Of a stretch of 64,000 nt of DNA, positions 1-9,598 are shown piece after piece; positions within the stretch are counted from its first letter, which is position 1; every line of letters begins with the position of its first letter. The DNA lies in assembly GCA_031553535.1 (NCBI GenBank), contig JAVBLM010000017.1, forward strand, positions 13,542 to 77,541. Reading direction: 5' to 3'. Both the position numbers and the translations under genes were made by a program. Origin of the DNA: Bacteroidales bacterium. Its GTDB lineage: Bacteria; Bacteroidota; Bacteroidia; Bacteroidales; WCHB1-69. The notes under the pieces are model-generated. The model was not told where the DNA came from. It ran no database searches and saw only the letters and a list, made by a program, of their open reading frames with translations.

Positions 1-1
1 A

Positions 2-307
2 ATGGGAGGTCCGGGTTATACGATCCCTGCAGAAATTTTATCCCAATTTACACATAAAAAAGGAGCAGTTGCAGCAGCACGCATGGGAGATCAGGTAAAC
101 CCGAAAAAAGAATCTTCCGGGTCTCAATTCTATATTGTTCATAATAGCAACGGAACTCCTCATTTGGATGGCGCCTATACTGTTTTCGGAGAGGTAATCG
201 AAGGAATGGATGTTATTGATAAAATTGCAAATGTAAAAACAGGCCGGGCTGATCGTCCTGTGGAAGATGTTAAAATAATAAGCGTAAGCATTATAAATAA
301 TAAATAA
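2..307 (+). CDS. Cyclophilin-type peptidyl-prolyl cis-trans isomerase, C-terminal part (truncated by window edge)
   Basis: GGPGYTIPAE, SSGSQFYIV, HLDGAYTVFGEVIEGMDVIDKI cyclophilin motifs. Confidence 0.92.
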   Translation: MGGPGYTIPAEILSQFTHKKGAVAAARMGDQVNPKKESSGSQFYIVHNSNGTPHLDGAYTVFGEVIEGMDVIDKIANVKTGRADRPVEDVKIISVSIINNK

Positions 308-309
308 AA

Positions 310-1332
310 ATGAATGAACAGCTAAAACATATCAAAGAAGAAATTGATACGTTTTTAACTATCTCAACGGAAGAATTAGATAAGTTTCGTTTGAAATATC
401 TGGGTAAGAAGGGAATTCTTACCTGTATGTTTGATAATATCCGTACCATTGCTCCGGAAGATCGAAAAGAATTCGGGAAAAACATTAATGATTTAAAAAC
501 AAAAGTATTAGAAAGAGTTGAACAAATAAAGCAATCTATTGAAAACAACAAAACGTATACGATAGACATTCTGGATTTAAGCCGTCCTGCTAACAGTATT
601 CCGTTAGGTTCGCGCCATCCTATTTCTATGGTGACCCGGGAAATTTGTCAGGTATTTGAAAAAATAGGATTTACAGTCTCTAAAGGTCCTGAAATCGAAG
701 ATGACTGGCATAATTTTGAAGCTTTGAATTTCGCTCCGGAACATCCGGCAAGAGATATGCAAGATACTTTTTTCATCAGTAAAGATCCTGATATTGCATT
801 ACGTACACATACTTCATCTATTCAAGTACGGGTGATGGAAAACAACAAACCACCTATTCGGGTTATTTGTCCGGGGCGTGTGTTTCGTAATGAAGTTGTT
901 ACTGCCCGATCTCATTGTATTTTTCACCAGATTGAAGGATTATATATTGACAAAGATGTTTCTTTTGCAGACATGAAGCAGACATTGTTATACTTTGCAA
1001 AAGAAATGTTTGGTTCACATATCAATATACGGCTGCGCCCTTCTTATTTCCCATTTACAGAACCTTCTGCAGAAATGGATATATCCTGTGATATTTGTGG
1101 TGGTAAAGGTTGTAACTTATGTAAATATTCCGGATGGGTTGAAATATTAGGCTGTGGCATGGTAGATCCTAATGTATTAGAGAATATGAACATCGACCCT
1201 AATATATACAGCGGTTTTGCTTTTGGAATGGGAGTAGAACGAATCACTCAGCAGCTATATAAAACGAAAGATATCCGGCTTTTCTTTGAAAACGACATTC
1301 GGTTTTTATCACAATTTAGAGCGATATATTAA
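310..1332 (+). CDS. pheS: Phenylalanine-tRNA ligase alpha subunit
   Basis: HPARDMQDTF, LRTHTS, RPSYFPFTEPSAE, GFAFGMGVER motifs. Confidence 0.98.
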   Translation: MNEQLKHIKEEIDTFLTISTEELDKFRLKYLGKKGILTCMFDNIRTIAPEDRKEFGKNINDLKTKVLERVEQIKQSIENNKTYTIDILDLSRPANSIPLGSRHPISMVTREICQVFEKIGFTVSKGPEIEDDWHNFEALNFAPEHPARDMQDTFFISKDPDIALRTHTSSIQVRVMENNKPPIRVICPGRVFRNEVVTARSHCIFHQIEGLYIDKDVSFADMKQTLLYFAKEMFGSHINIRLRPSYFPFTEPSAEMDISCDICGGKGCNLCKYSGWVEILGCGMVDPNVLENMNIDPNIYSGFAFGMGVERITQQLYKTKDIRLFFENDIRFLSQFRAIY

Positions 1333-1624
1333 CAGAAGTTACACAAGTAGAGAAGTTGCAGGAAGTTATAATTTAGTTCTTTAGCTGTTACGTTGATTAT
1401 TTCTTTCTGCATTCTGCGTATTGATTATTGCGTTTTTTATTTTTCCCGCTAATTTCGCAGACTTTATCCCAGTACCCAGATGATACAGACTATATGGATT
1501 TGGCTTCGTCGAACTAACGGTTCTGCAGATTTTTTTCTTGAATCTTGAACATTGAACCGAGCTTGCGAGCCCAACAAAGTTAATCTTGAATCTATCCTTA
1601 TTTCTGTAACTTGCGTAACTTCTG
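1333..1624. repeat. Intergenic segment bounded by 16-bp imperfect inverted repeats (CAGAAGTTACRCAAGT), MITE/REP-like
   Basis: 1333-1348 cagaagttacacaagt vs reverse complement of 1609-1624 cagaagttacgcaagt; related copies after stop codons at ~12501 and 54423. Confidence 0.5.
1552..1590 (+). repeat. Dispersed 39-bp repeat, copy 1 (TTGAACCGAGCTTGCGAGCYCAACRAAGTTAATCTTGAA)
   Basis: Near-identical to 33031-33069 and 33140-33178. Confidence 0.85.
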
Positions 1625-1644
1625 ATATTAATTCCCTTTAGCTC

Positions 1645-1682
1645 AAAAGAAAAGAGCGAACAATAATTTTATTGTTCGCTCT
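1645..1682 (-). terminator. Rho-independent terminator of the SOD gene
   Basis: agagcgaacaataa/ttattgttcgctct stem with minus-strand U tract. Confidence 0.75.
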
Positions 1683-1708
1683 CTATCCAAACACTATGAA
1701 ATCTATTT

Positions 1709-2383
1709 TTAATTTATTAATCTTTCTACTTCATTCCAGTTTACTACCTGCCAAAATGCTTTTGCATAATCGACACGTTTAGATTGATATTTTAAATAAT
1801 AGGCATGTTCCCAAACATCCAATGCCAATACAGGTTCTCCTTTAACATCTGCCATCGGCATAATCGGATTATCCTGGTTTGGAGTCGAAACAATACGTAG
1901 TTTCTCGTTTTTATCTTTGATCAGCCATACCCAACCCGAACCAAAGCGTCCCAGTGCTTCCTTCTCAAACTCTGCTTTAAAAGCGTCTACACTGCCAAAA
2001 GATTCTGTTAATTTTTTCTCCAACGCCGGTGACATGGGAACAGAATTTGCAGGCGCTAATATACTCCAGAATAAAGTATGATTATAATGACCTCCTCCAT
2101 TATTACGAACCGCAGTGCGAATACTTTCCGGAACCTCATTCAAATCACGCAATAATTCTCCAATTTCTTTCTTTGATAATTCAGGATAACTTTTCAATGC
2201 ATTATTTAAATTATTCACATATGCCGCATGATGGTTGTTATAATGAATATTCATCGTTTCAGCATCTATATATGGTTCCAGCGCATTATAAGCATAGGAT
2301 AATTTTGGTAAACTATATTGCGCAAAAACAACTGTTATAGAACAAAGGAAAATACCTAAAAATAAATAACCTACTTTTTTCAT
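1709..2383 (-). CDS. sodA: Superoxide dismutase, Mn-type signature, with N-terminal Sec signal peptide
   Basis: HHAAYVNNLN, NNGGGHYNH, FGSGWVWL, PNQD, DVWEHAYY; MKKVGYLFLGIFLCSITVVFA-Q leader. Confidence 0.9.
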   Translation of the reverse strand: MKKVGYLFLGIFLCSITVVFAQYSLPKLSYAYNALEPYIDAETMNIHYNNHHAAYVNNLNNALKSYPELSKKEIGELLRDLNEVPESIRTAVRNNGGGHYNHTLFWSILAPANSVPMSPALEKKLTESFGSVDAFKAEFEKEALGRFGSGWVWLIKDKNEKLRIVSTPNQDNPIMPMADVKGEPVLALDVWEHAYYLKYQSKRVDYAKAFWQVVNWNEVERLIN

Positions 2384-2508
2384 TTCTTAATTTTTGTTAT
2401 TCAGAATATAATAAGAATATTTATAATTAATAACAAATAAACTTCATTTTTTGTTTATTTGTTATTAATTATGTCATTATGTGTCTTAAGCAAAAAATGT
2501 ACTTGCAA

Positions 2509-3087
2509 TTATTTGCCGGTAAATCGTTTCTCTACCAAACGCCAATCAATAATATTCCATAAAGCAGCTACATAATCTGCTCTTCTGTTCTGATAGTCTA
2601 AATAATAAGCATGCTCCCAAACATCAAAAGTCAACAAAGGAATTAATCCTTTAGTAAGAGGTGTTCCTGCATTGCTTTCTTTCGTGATTTGAAGTTTATT
2701 ATTATTGTCTTTGGAGAGCCATGCCCAACCGGATCCGAATATAGAAACCGCTGCGTCTGAAAATTCCTTCTTAAAGTTTTCAAAACTTCCCCATTGATCA
2801 TTTATCTGTTTTGCCAATTCCCCTGTCGGAGCCGGAATGAACGGAGGAGTAAACTGTTCAAAATAAAATTCATGGTTCCAAGCCTGAGAAGCGTTATTAA
2901 AGATAGCTCCTTCCGACTTTTTTACAATATTGATTAAACTTTCTTTCTCAAGAGGAGTTCCTGCGATTAATTTATTTAAATTCGCTACATAAGTCTGATA
3001 ATGTTTTCCGAAATGGAAATCAATTGTATGTTCACTAATTGTAGGGTTAAGTACGCTACTTGCGTATGGTAATGTAATAGGATTCAT
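2509..3087 (-). CDS. sodB: Superoxide dismutase, Fe/cambialistic type, cytoplasmic
   Basis: HFGKHYQTYV, NNASQAWNH, FGSGWAWL, DVWEHAYYLDYQNRR. Confidence 0.9.
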   Translation of the reverse strand: MNPITLPYASSVLNPTISEHTIDFHFGKHYQTYVANLNKLIAGTPLEKESLINIVKKSEGAIFNNASQAWNHEFYFEQFTPPFIPAPTGELAKQINDQWGSFENFKKEFSDAAVSIFGSGWAWLSKDNNNKLQITKESNAGTPLTKGLIPLLTFDVWEHAYYLDYQNRRADYVAALWNIIDWRLVEKRFTGK

Positions 3088-3580
3088 AATCTAAATATTT
3101 TAATTATATTTATTCTCTAAATATTATTTAACAATATTCGAGCCAAAAATGTTCATCTTCGAATTTTCTTAATTATATTCTATAAAGGTCTCGTAACCTA
3201 TAATGGCGTTTTTTCTTTGTTGCTTATTGTATTCCATGTAAAAACAAATGGATTTCTGTTATTTTCACTAATCCAACGAGTGTTGTCCGAATATCAACCG
3301 AGAAGTATGCTGTTTTTTGGAAGTTGTCAAACGTTGATTAGTAGACGGGCTCTCTTCCTCCTACATTCCCGGGCAATTCGGGTAGGTTCGACTGTTTCGG
3401 CTTGATGCTGACATGAAAGAGTTTATCACCCGGGTAAAATTTATAAAAGAACAGGAAAAGAAAAAAGTTAATTAGTGGTATATTAACACAATTTTTACGG
3501 CAAAAAAAAGAAAATATATTCATCTGTTTTTCAATACTTAAGAGAGAGAATATGTAACAAACAGCCAATCGCATAAAAAC

Positions 3581-3722
3581 CACTTGTCCTCTCGGTTGGA
3601 ACGACAAGTGATTTCGGTTAAAATGACAAGTGGTTTCAGTCGAGAGGACAAGTGATTCCGACCGAGAGAACAAGTCAATTTTGAGCAAAATGACAGGCCG
3701 TTTTAATCTGAACAACAAGAAA
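3581..3722. repeat. Degenerate 22-bp-period tandem repeat (GACAAGTG core), first unit inverted
   Basis: cacttgtc at 3581; gacaagtg at 3603, 3625, 3647; aacaagtc 3669; gacaggcc 3692; aacaagaa 3714. Confidence 0.8.
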
Positions 3723-3904
3723 TCCATTATAAGATAGAGTATCAATAAATAAATACAGATAGAGTATCGCCGTTTTTTTTCGTTGTTTGTCCTGAAAAAT
3801 AAAAAATTAACAAAATAAATAAAGTGGGTAAAAGATAATTCTCATTGATATAAAAACAATAAACAGTATAGATAGTAAACTAAAAGATTAACAGTAAACA
3901 ATAT

Positions 3905-4426
3905 CTACCAAATACAAGCTTCTTCCTTAAACCATTTGTTTTGAGCACGCAAAGTTTGTTCAATAATATCACGAACACAACCTTCACCTCCTTTACAATG
4001 AGAGAGATAGTGTGATGTTTGTTGTATTTCAATAGCGGCATCAGCAGGACAAGATTTTAAACCTGCTAATTGCATAACATCATAGTCAGGGATATCATCT
4101 CCCATATAAACAACATGTTCCGCCTTAATATCATTATGTTTCAAATATTCAGTAAAAGTTTTTGTTTTATCGGCTACTTTCAAAAAAATATCCATTTGTG
4201 GAAATCCTTGATAACGTAACCGCATACTTTCGGAATACCCTCCCGAAATAATGCATATCCTATATCCTTGTTTTAACGCATATTGAATAGCATAACCATC
4301 TTTCACATCCGTGACACGAAGTTGATCTCCGTCAGGTAAAACCATTACTTTTCCTGTACTTAAAACTCCATCAAAATCGAAAATAAATGTTGTTATATGC
4401 TTTAGCTTTTCTTTATAATTTTTCAT
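3905..4426 (-). CDS. kdsC: 3-deoxy-D-manno-octulosonate 8-phosphate phosphatase (KdsC family HAD)
   Basis: FDFDGVLS, DVKDGYAI, YMGDDIPD, GGEGCVR; ATG at 4426 overlaps the upstream stop. Confidence 0.88.
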   Translation of the reverse strand: MKNYKEKLKHITTFIFDFDGVLSTGKVMVLPDGDQLRVTDVKDGYAIQYALKQGYRICIISGGYSESMRLRYQGFPQMDIFLKVADKTKTFTEYLKHNDIKAEHVVYMGDDIPDYDVMQLAGLKSCPADAAIEIQQTSHYLSHCKGGEGCVRDIIEQTLRAQNKWFKEEACIW

Positions 4427-5202
4427 AGAATATGCTGCTGCTTTTGAATAATTTTTGAAATTAACCGATATAATTCTTTCCAATCTTCATCTTCCATCAT
4501 CCTAATATGCTTATTCATAATGTTTATATCATTACGTATTGCAGGCCCTGTCTGTGCGTCTATTGGAAAAAGACTGTTTACTTTTTCTGCTGTTTCATTA
4601 ATTAAAGGTAACGCAATTTTAAAATCTATATTTTCCTTTTGAAGAATTTGTTGGGCAATCACATACATTCCATTCGAGAAATTAGAGGCAAAAACACCTG
4701 CCAAATGTAAATGCATCCGTTGTTCCGTATTCAATAAACAAGTGATAGGAGACAACTCATTAGCAAGTGTTATAAGTAGACTTTCCACCTGGGGATTAGA
4801 TGCCTCTATACAAACAGGGACATTTTCGAAATCTACAATTTTATTTTTACTAAATGATTGAAAAGGGTATACAACCCCATAGTTATCAGAGAGGTTTTCC
4901 AAAATCTTCATCTCCGAAGATCCGGAAGTATGGACACAAATTGCCGTAGTTTTGGGAAAAGAGGCAATAACTTCCTGATAAGCGTCATCTTTAACAGAAA
5001 TAATATACAAATCAGACAACGGAAGCATTGCAATAGTATCAACCGCTTTTGATTTCACCTGTTCTGCCAATGCTCTTGCATTATCCGGATTTCGACTAAA
5101 CACACAGTCTATTAGATATCCACAGGCAAATAATCTTTTTGTCAGATGCCAGGCTACATTTCCTGACCCAATTACCGATATCGACATTTTTAATGACGCC
5201 AT
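4423..5202 (-). CDS. Rossmann-like/DUF2520 domain oxidoreductase
   Basis: IGSGNVAW, HTSGS, HLAGVFASNF, QTGPAIRND. Confidence 0.85.
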   Translation of the reverse strand: MASLKMSISVIGSGNVAWHLTKRLFACGYLIDCVFSRNPDNARALAEQVKSKAVDTIAMLPLSDLYIISVKDDAYQEVIASFPKTTAICVHTSGSSEMKILENLSDNYGVVYPFQSFSKNKIVDFENVPVCIEASNPQVESLLITLANELSPITCLLNTEQRMHLHLAGVFASNFSNGMYVIAQQILQKENIDFKIALPLINETAEKVNSLFPIDAQTGPAIRNDINIMNKHIRMMEDEDWKELYRLISKIIQKQQHIL

Positions 5203-5203
5203 A

Positions 5204-5785
5204 TTAATAGTCTTTCCGCTTTAAAAAATTCGATAATTTCTCCAATGCCCTTCCCCTATGGCTAATTGCATTTTTTTCATTCAGATTCATTTCTGCAAAC
5301 GAAACAGCATGTTCCAACGGTTGAAAAACAGGATCATATCCGAAGCCCTTTTCCCCGTGTTTTTCACGCAGAATAGTTCCATCAACCTTTCCTTCAAACA
5401 GATATTCTTTTCCATCAAGGATTAATGCAATAACCGTTCTAAAACATGCCTGACGATTATCAACCCCTCTCATTTCATCCAACACCTTATTTACATTATC
5501 TTCAAATGAGCATTGATTGCCTGCATAACGAGCCGAATACACCCCCGGACGACCATCCAATGCTTCAATTTCCAATCCGGTATCATCCGAAAAACAGTTT
5601 GTATGGTATTTCCTGTAGATATAACGAGCCTTTTGAAGAGCATTGCCCTGTAAATCCGGTTGATCTTCCGGTATATCATCATAGCAACTGATGTCTGACA
5701 ATGATAATATATTACAAGTTGCGCCTATTACAGATTTTACTTCTTCCAATTTATGCTTATTATTGCTTGCAAAAACTAATTCCAT
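5204..5785 (-). CDS. rdgB: Non-canonical purine NTP pyrophosphatase (RdgB/HAM1)
   Basis: ASNNKHK, DDTGLE, PGVYSARYAG, GFGYDPVF, ISHRG. Confidence 0.95.
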   Translation of the reverse strand: MELVFASNNKHKLEEVKSVIGATCNILSLSDISCYDDIPEDQPDLQGNALQKARYIYRKYHTNCFSDDTGLEIEALDGRPGVYSARYAGNQCSFEDNVNKVLDEMRGVDNRQACFRTVIALILDGKEYLFEGKVDGTILREKHGEKGFGYDPVFQPLEHAVSFAEMNLNEKNAISHRGRALEKLSNFLKRKDY

Positions 5786-5920
5786 ATATCTTTATTTTAC
5801 CTTTTACTTCCGGATTTGTAGAAACCCTTTACAATAATTATAAAAACTATCAAATATAAAAGCAAATATAATGAAATAATTCAACATTTTGCTCTTTCTT
5901 TGTTTGTTTAGTCTCTATTA

Positions 5921-7042
5921 TTATTTAGGAACTGCTCTTTTAAAACTATTCAATGCAAGTTTGAGAGAAAAAATATGAGAATACAAGGCAGTAGATACGT
6001 TTCCAAGATTACAATATGCATAATCAATTGTAAAAATATCTTTAATACAAATCCCCACACCCATATTTATCTGACAGGTTGTAACTGTTTTTTGTCCCTT
6101 CTCCAAGTCAAGTTTTACTTCCTTCTGAAAATTTCCAACCCCTGTCCGTAAAAAAACAATATTTTTATAACCGAATTCTATTCCCATGTGCGGAGAAATA
6201 TTCATTGCCTTACTACTAATTAACTCATTACGCCTTCCATCAAAACTCAGGTCAAAATCAATTGTCGTCATAAGAGAAAATCCTTTCCCTAACTCAAAAT
6301 CTCTTCCGGCACCAATTAACAATCGAGGCAAAGTATATTCCAACCCATTCTCAGGGATTTCATTTCCCGTAACCTCAAAAACTTCTTTCATCTCATCCGA
6401 GAGATTAAAATACCAGGCATTAAAAGTAGAGGTCAAATCTTTTGCTACCAATCCGAACCTCCATTTTTTAATTTGATACTGGAGCCCTGCATCCAATCCA
6501 AACCCCCATGCTCCTGCAAAATCCCCTATACGGCGATGCACAATCTTGAAATTAGCCCCGAAAGCAAGACCTTTAACCTGTTTAAATGTTCGTCCATAAG
6601 ATAATAGCACTCCCCAATCGGCAGCGGTAAAATAAGTAATCAAGTCATAATTGACATTCCCCTGTTTATCTATCAATTGAGTTGTATTAGGAATATTGTC
6701 AACGCCAAAACGAATAACGGTAGCCCCAATGGCTTGATCTTCATCTATGCGATAGGAAAAAGCACCATAATCATACTTGGCAATACCCGCAAAATACTCT
6801 GCATGCATTAACGACAATTGATACTTTTGCTTCACATTACCCAAACCCGCAGGATTCCAATACCCGGACGTCACATCGTCTGACATGGCAACCTGTGTAT
6901 TAGCCAATGCAAGACCCTTTGCCCCAACACCCAAGGTAAGAAATTCATTGCTATATTTCGATTGCCCCTGTCCGATAAAAGGAACACAAAGAACCGCCAA
7001 TAAAACAAATATGGAAAAATGTCTGCTTTTAGTTTTACTCAT
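5921..7042 (-). CDS. PorV/PorQ-family outer-membrane barrel (T9SS-associated)
   Basis: Signal peptide, KYSNEFLTLGVGAKGLALA, YWNPAGL, alternating beta strands, terminal HIFSL. Confidence 0.8.
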   Translation of the reverse strand: MSKTKSRHFSIFVLLAVLCVPFIGQGQSKYSNEFLTLGVGAKGLALANTQVAMSDDVTSGYWNPAGLGNVKQKYQLSLMHAEYFAGIAKYDYGAFSYRIDEDQAIGATVIRFGVDNIPNTTQLIDKQGNVNYDLITYFTAADWGVLLSYGRTFKQVKGLAFGANFKIVHRRIGDFAGAWGFGLDAGLQYQIKKWRFGLVAKDLTSTFNAWYFNLSDEMKEVFEVTGNEIPENGLEYTLPRLLIGAGRDFELGKGFSLMTTIDFDLSFDGRRNELISSKAMNISPHMGIEFGYKNIVFLRTGVGNFQKEVKLDLEKGQKTVTTCQINMGVGICIKDIFTIDYAYCNLGNVSTALYSHIFSLKLALNSFKRAVPK

Positions 7043-7224
7043 TTAACTCTAGAAAATAGCATTCTGATGTTATAATAAATCTCCATAACACTTTTTTTAT
7101 AACGACAAATCCTTAAAAACATTATATCATATTATTTATATTTTTGAAGGGGATTATAATTCTTGGATAATCATTGTACTGTATGAATGAAGTCTCAAAT
7201 AGAAATATCAATAATTAAAAAATA

Positions 7225-7232
7225 TATCTTTG
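7225..7232 (+). promoter_or_regulatory. Bacteroidota sigma70 -7 box
   Basis: TATCTTTG matches TAnnTTTG just upstream of the ATG at 7251. Confidence 0.55.
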
Positions 7233-7250
7233 TATTTATTAATATAAAAC

Positions 7251-7880
7251 ATGCCTCTATATCTATCAGAAAATATAAATAATACAAGCTTTTTCTCCGT
7301 CTGGAAGTTAACAGAAAGTGAAGAAGAATTACTCCGGTTAAGACCATTATCCGAGCAAGAAAACAGTTGTTTTTGTTTCCTAAAAAACAATAAACGACGG
7401 AAGGAATGGCTGACAAATAGAATTTTATTAACACATCTAATCGGACAAGATTTTTCATTGGATTATCTTCCAAACGGAAAACCGATCTTGCTAAATCCCA
7501 AATTATTTTTATCTATTTCTCATTCCGAGAATTTCGCTGCTGTTTTTATCTCCAAAAATAAAGAAATTGGCATTGACATTGAAAAAGTCAGAGACAATAT
7601 GGGGTCGTTAAAAGATAAATTTTTACTCCCTGAAGAGTCTCAGGTAATCGATCATTCCGATAATATATTACTGCATGTTTATTGGGGAGCCAAGGAAGCA
7701 ATGTATAAAATATATAGTTTATATCATCCTCTGTTTACGGAACATTTATCATTATCTTGCATTAATCTTCAAAAAGGCACAGCAACAGGGAAAATCAAAA
7801 AAGAAGATATTGAGAAAACAGTAAACGTCATTTTCAAGCAAATCGAAGATAATATACTGGTTTGTTGTTTCGAAGATTAA
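7251..7880 (+). CDS. 4'-phosphopantetheinyl transferase family protein
   Basis: GKP, SISHS, IGIDIE, WGAKEAMYK. Confidence 0.88.
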   Translation: MPLYLSENINNTSFFSVWKLTESEEELLRLRPLSEQENSCFCFLKNNKRRKEWLTNRILLTHLIGQDFSLDYLPNGKPILLNPKLFLSISHSENFAAVFISKNKEIGIDIEKVRDNMGSLKDKFLLPEESQVIDHSDNILLHVYWGAKEAMYKIYSLYHPLFTEHLSLSCINLQKGTATGKIKKEDIEKTVNVIFKQIEDNILVCCFED

Positions 7881-8569
7881 TTAACAGCATAACCTAAACA
7901 CGCAACACTAACTTTCGTCGCTTCAAGAGTTAATAATAATTGAGCTGCAGATTCTATGGTTGCACCTGTTGTAACAATATCATCTACCAGCAAAATATGT
8001 TTGCCTGCCAATTTCTCATTTTCTGCCAATTGAAAAATTTCCGAAACATTTTCCCATCGATTATATCTAGTCTTTTTGGTTTGAGTTGATGTTTCCATAA
8101 CACGAATTAACGAAGTATTATCTATTTGCCTAGGTATCACTTCCGCTATTCCCTGTCCTATACATGTACTCTGATTATATCCTCTTTTTCTTAACTTTCT
8201 CGAATGAAGCGGTATAGGTACAATAATATCAACAGACTCAAATTCCTTATTTTCTATCAAGCTTAATCCAAACAAATGACCTAAATAAACCCCTACTTCT
8301 TTATTCCCTCTATATTTTAACTGATGGATAACATTTTGAAAAACACTCCCCTTCTTGAAAAAACAAAACGCAGTGGCTCTAAAAACAGGAACTCTCCCTG
8401 CAAAAACCATTTCCAACGGATTGTTTTTGTATGTATGAAAATTGGTTTTGGGCAAATTCGATAAACAATACATACATAAACATTTCTCTCCTTTTACAAG
8501 CGTTCTTCCACATCCATCACAATATTTCGGATAGAAGAGAGAAACAAAATCAGAGAGATAAGATAACAT
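7877..8569 (-). CDS. comF: ComF family protein (zinc ribbon + phosphoribosyltransferase fold)
   Basis: CDGC/CMYC, VPIPLH, RGYNQS, LLVDDIVTTGAT. Confidence 0.88.
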   Translation of the reverse strand: MLSYLSDFVSLFYPKYCDGCGRTLVKGEKCLCMYCLSNLPKTNFHTYKNNPLEMVFAGRVPVFRATAFCFFKKGSVFQNVIHQLKYRGNKEVGVYLGHLFGLSLIENKEFESVDIIVPIPLHSRKLRKRGYNQSTCIGQGIAEVIPRQIDNTSLIRVMETSTQTKKTRYNRWENVSEIFQLAENEKLAGKHILLVDDIVTTGATIESAAQLLLTLEATKVSVACLGYAVN

Positions 8570-8571
8570 AA

Positions 8572-9417
8572 TTATATACTTACGTATTTATCAATAAATT
8601 CCATTGTCTGCTGTTTCAACAGTTTCTTTTGGGAATGATTATTCATAATGGAAAAAGGTACTTCTTTGATTTTTCTGCTCTTGAATAACTTTCCCGTTGC
8701 GGTATTGTCTTCGTTTTCAACAGCCAAATAAATAATAGTATCTGCGCCCTGGAGTGAAGTACGGATCAGAGGACGAAAAAACAGATCACACGACTTATCA
8801 ATAATTTTATTTCCCATACAAATAATCTTTGTGCTTACTATTCCCGGATCAACACAATTAACTGTAATCCCTTTATGTTTCCAATTTTCTGCCCACTCCA
8901 ACGTAGCATAGTATAATGCTAATTTGGAATGCGAATAATATGCAAACCTGTTAAACCTGGATGAATTACAGGCTAAAAAGTCCGGACTTATTTTCCCATA
9001 TTGCAACATGAGGGAAACCGTATTGATAATTTTTGCTCCGTCGGACATAATCGGCAATAATTGCTCTGTTAAAATATACGGTCCTAAATAATTCACGGCT
9101 ATTGTATATTCCACATTTTCTTTTGTTTTTTGAGGTTCTTTACATAAAACACCTGCATTGTTGAGCAATATATCTATCTGTGTATATTTTGAATGAACTT
9201 CTTTAACAAACTGATGAATAGAATCAAAAGAGGATAAATCCATTTGTATAACTTCTATGAGAGAAATGCCTGTTTCCCGTTTAATCTGTTCACAAATAAC
9301 CTCTCCCTTTTGCTTGTTTTTACACGCCATTACAACCATGAATCCATCTTTTGCCAATGCACTTGTAAGATTTTTTCCTATTCCTCCATCTGCACCCGTA
9401 ATAATCCCTACTTTCAT
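8572..9417 (-). CDS. SDR family oxidoreductase (retinol dehydrogenase-like)
   Basis: TGADGGIG, NNAG, YSHSK, DPGIVST. Confidence 0.88.
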   Translation of the reverse strand: MKVGIITGADGGIGKNLTSALAKDGFMVVMACKNKQKGEVICEQIKRETGISLIEVIQMDLSSFDSIHQFVKEVHSKYTQIDILLNNAGVLCKEPQKTKENVEYTIAVNYLGPYILTEQLLPIMSDGAKIINTVSLMLQYGKISPDFLACNSSRFNRFAYYSHSKLALYYATLEWAENWKHKGITVNCVDPGIVSTKIICMGNKIIDKSCDLFFRPLIRTSLQGADTIIYLAVENEDNTATGKLFKSRKIKEVPFSIMNNHSQKKLLKQQTMEFIDKYVSI

Positions 9418-9598
9418 CTCTTTTTATTATTTTTGCAAAAGTACATTATTTCATATGTTGCTTAACATTAAGAATGATTTTATCTGTTTTTTCTCGTGAT
9501 AAAAAAGTAAAAACGCATAATCTTCAACCATTAAGCAACAAAAAACGTTAAATGTGTATCTAAATAAATATAAAAGAAAATATTTTATTTATAGAAAC

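Noticed and set aside
3217-3745. ORFs 3217-3405 and 3338-3745 as genes
   Set aside because: No recognisable protein features; the longer one runs through the 22-bp repeat array.
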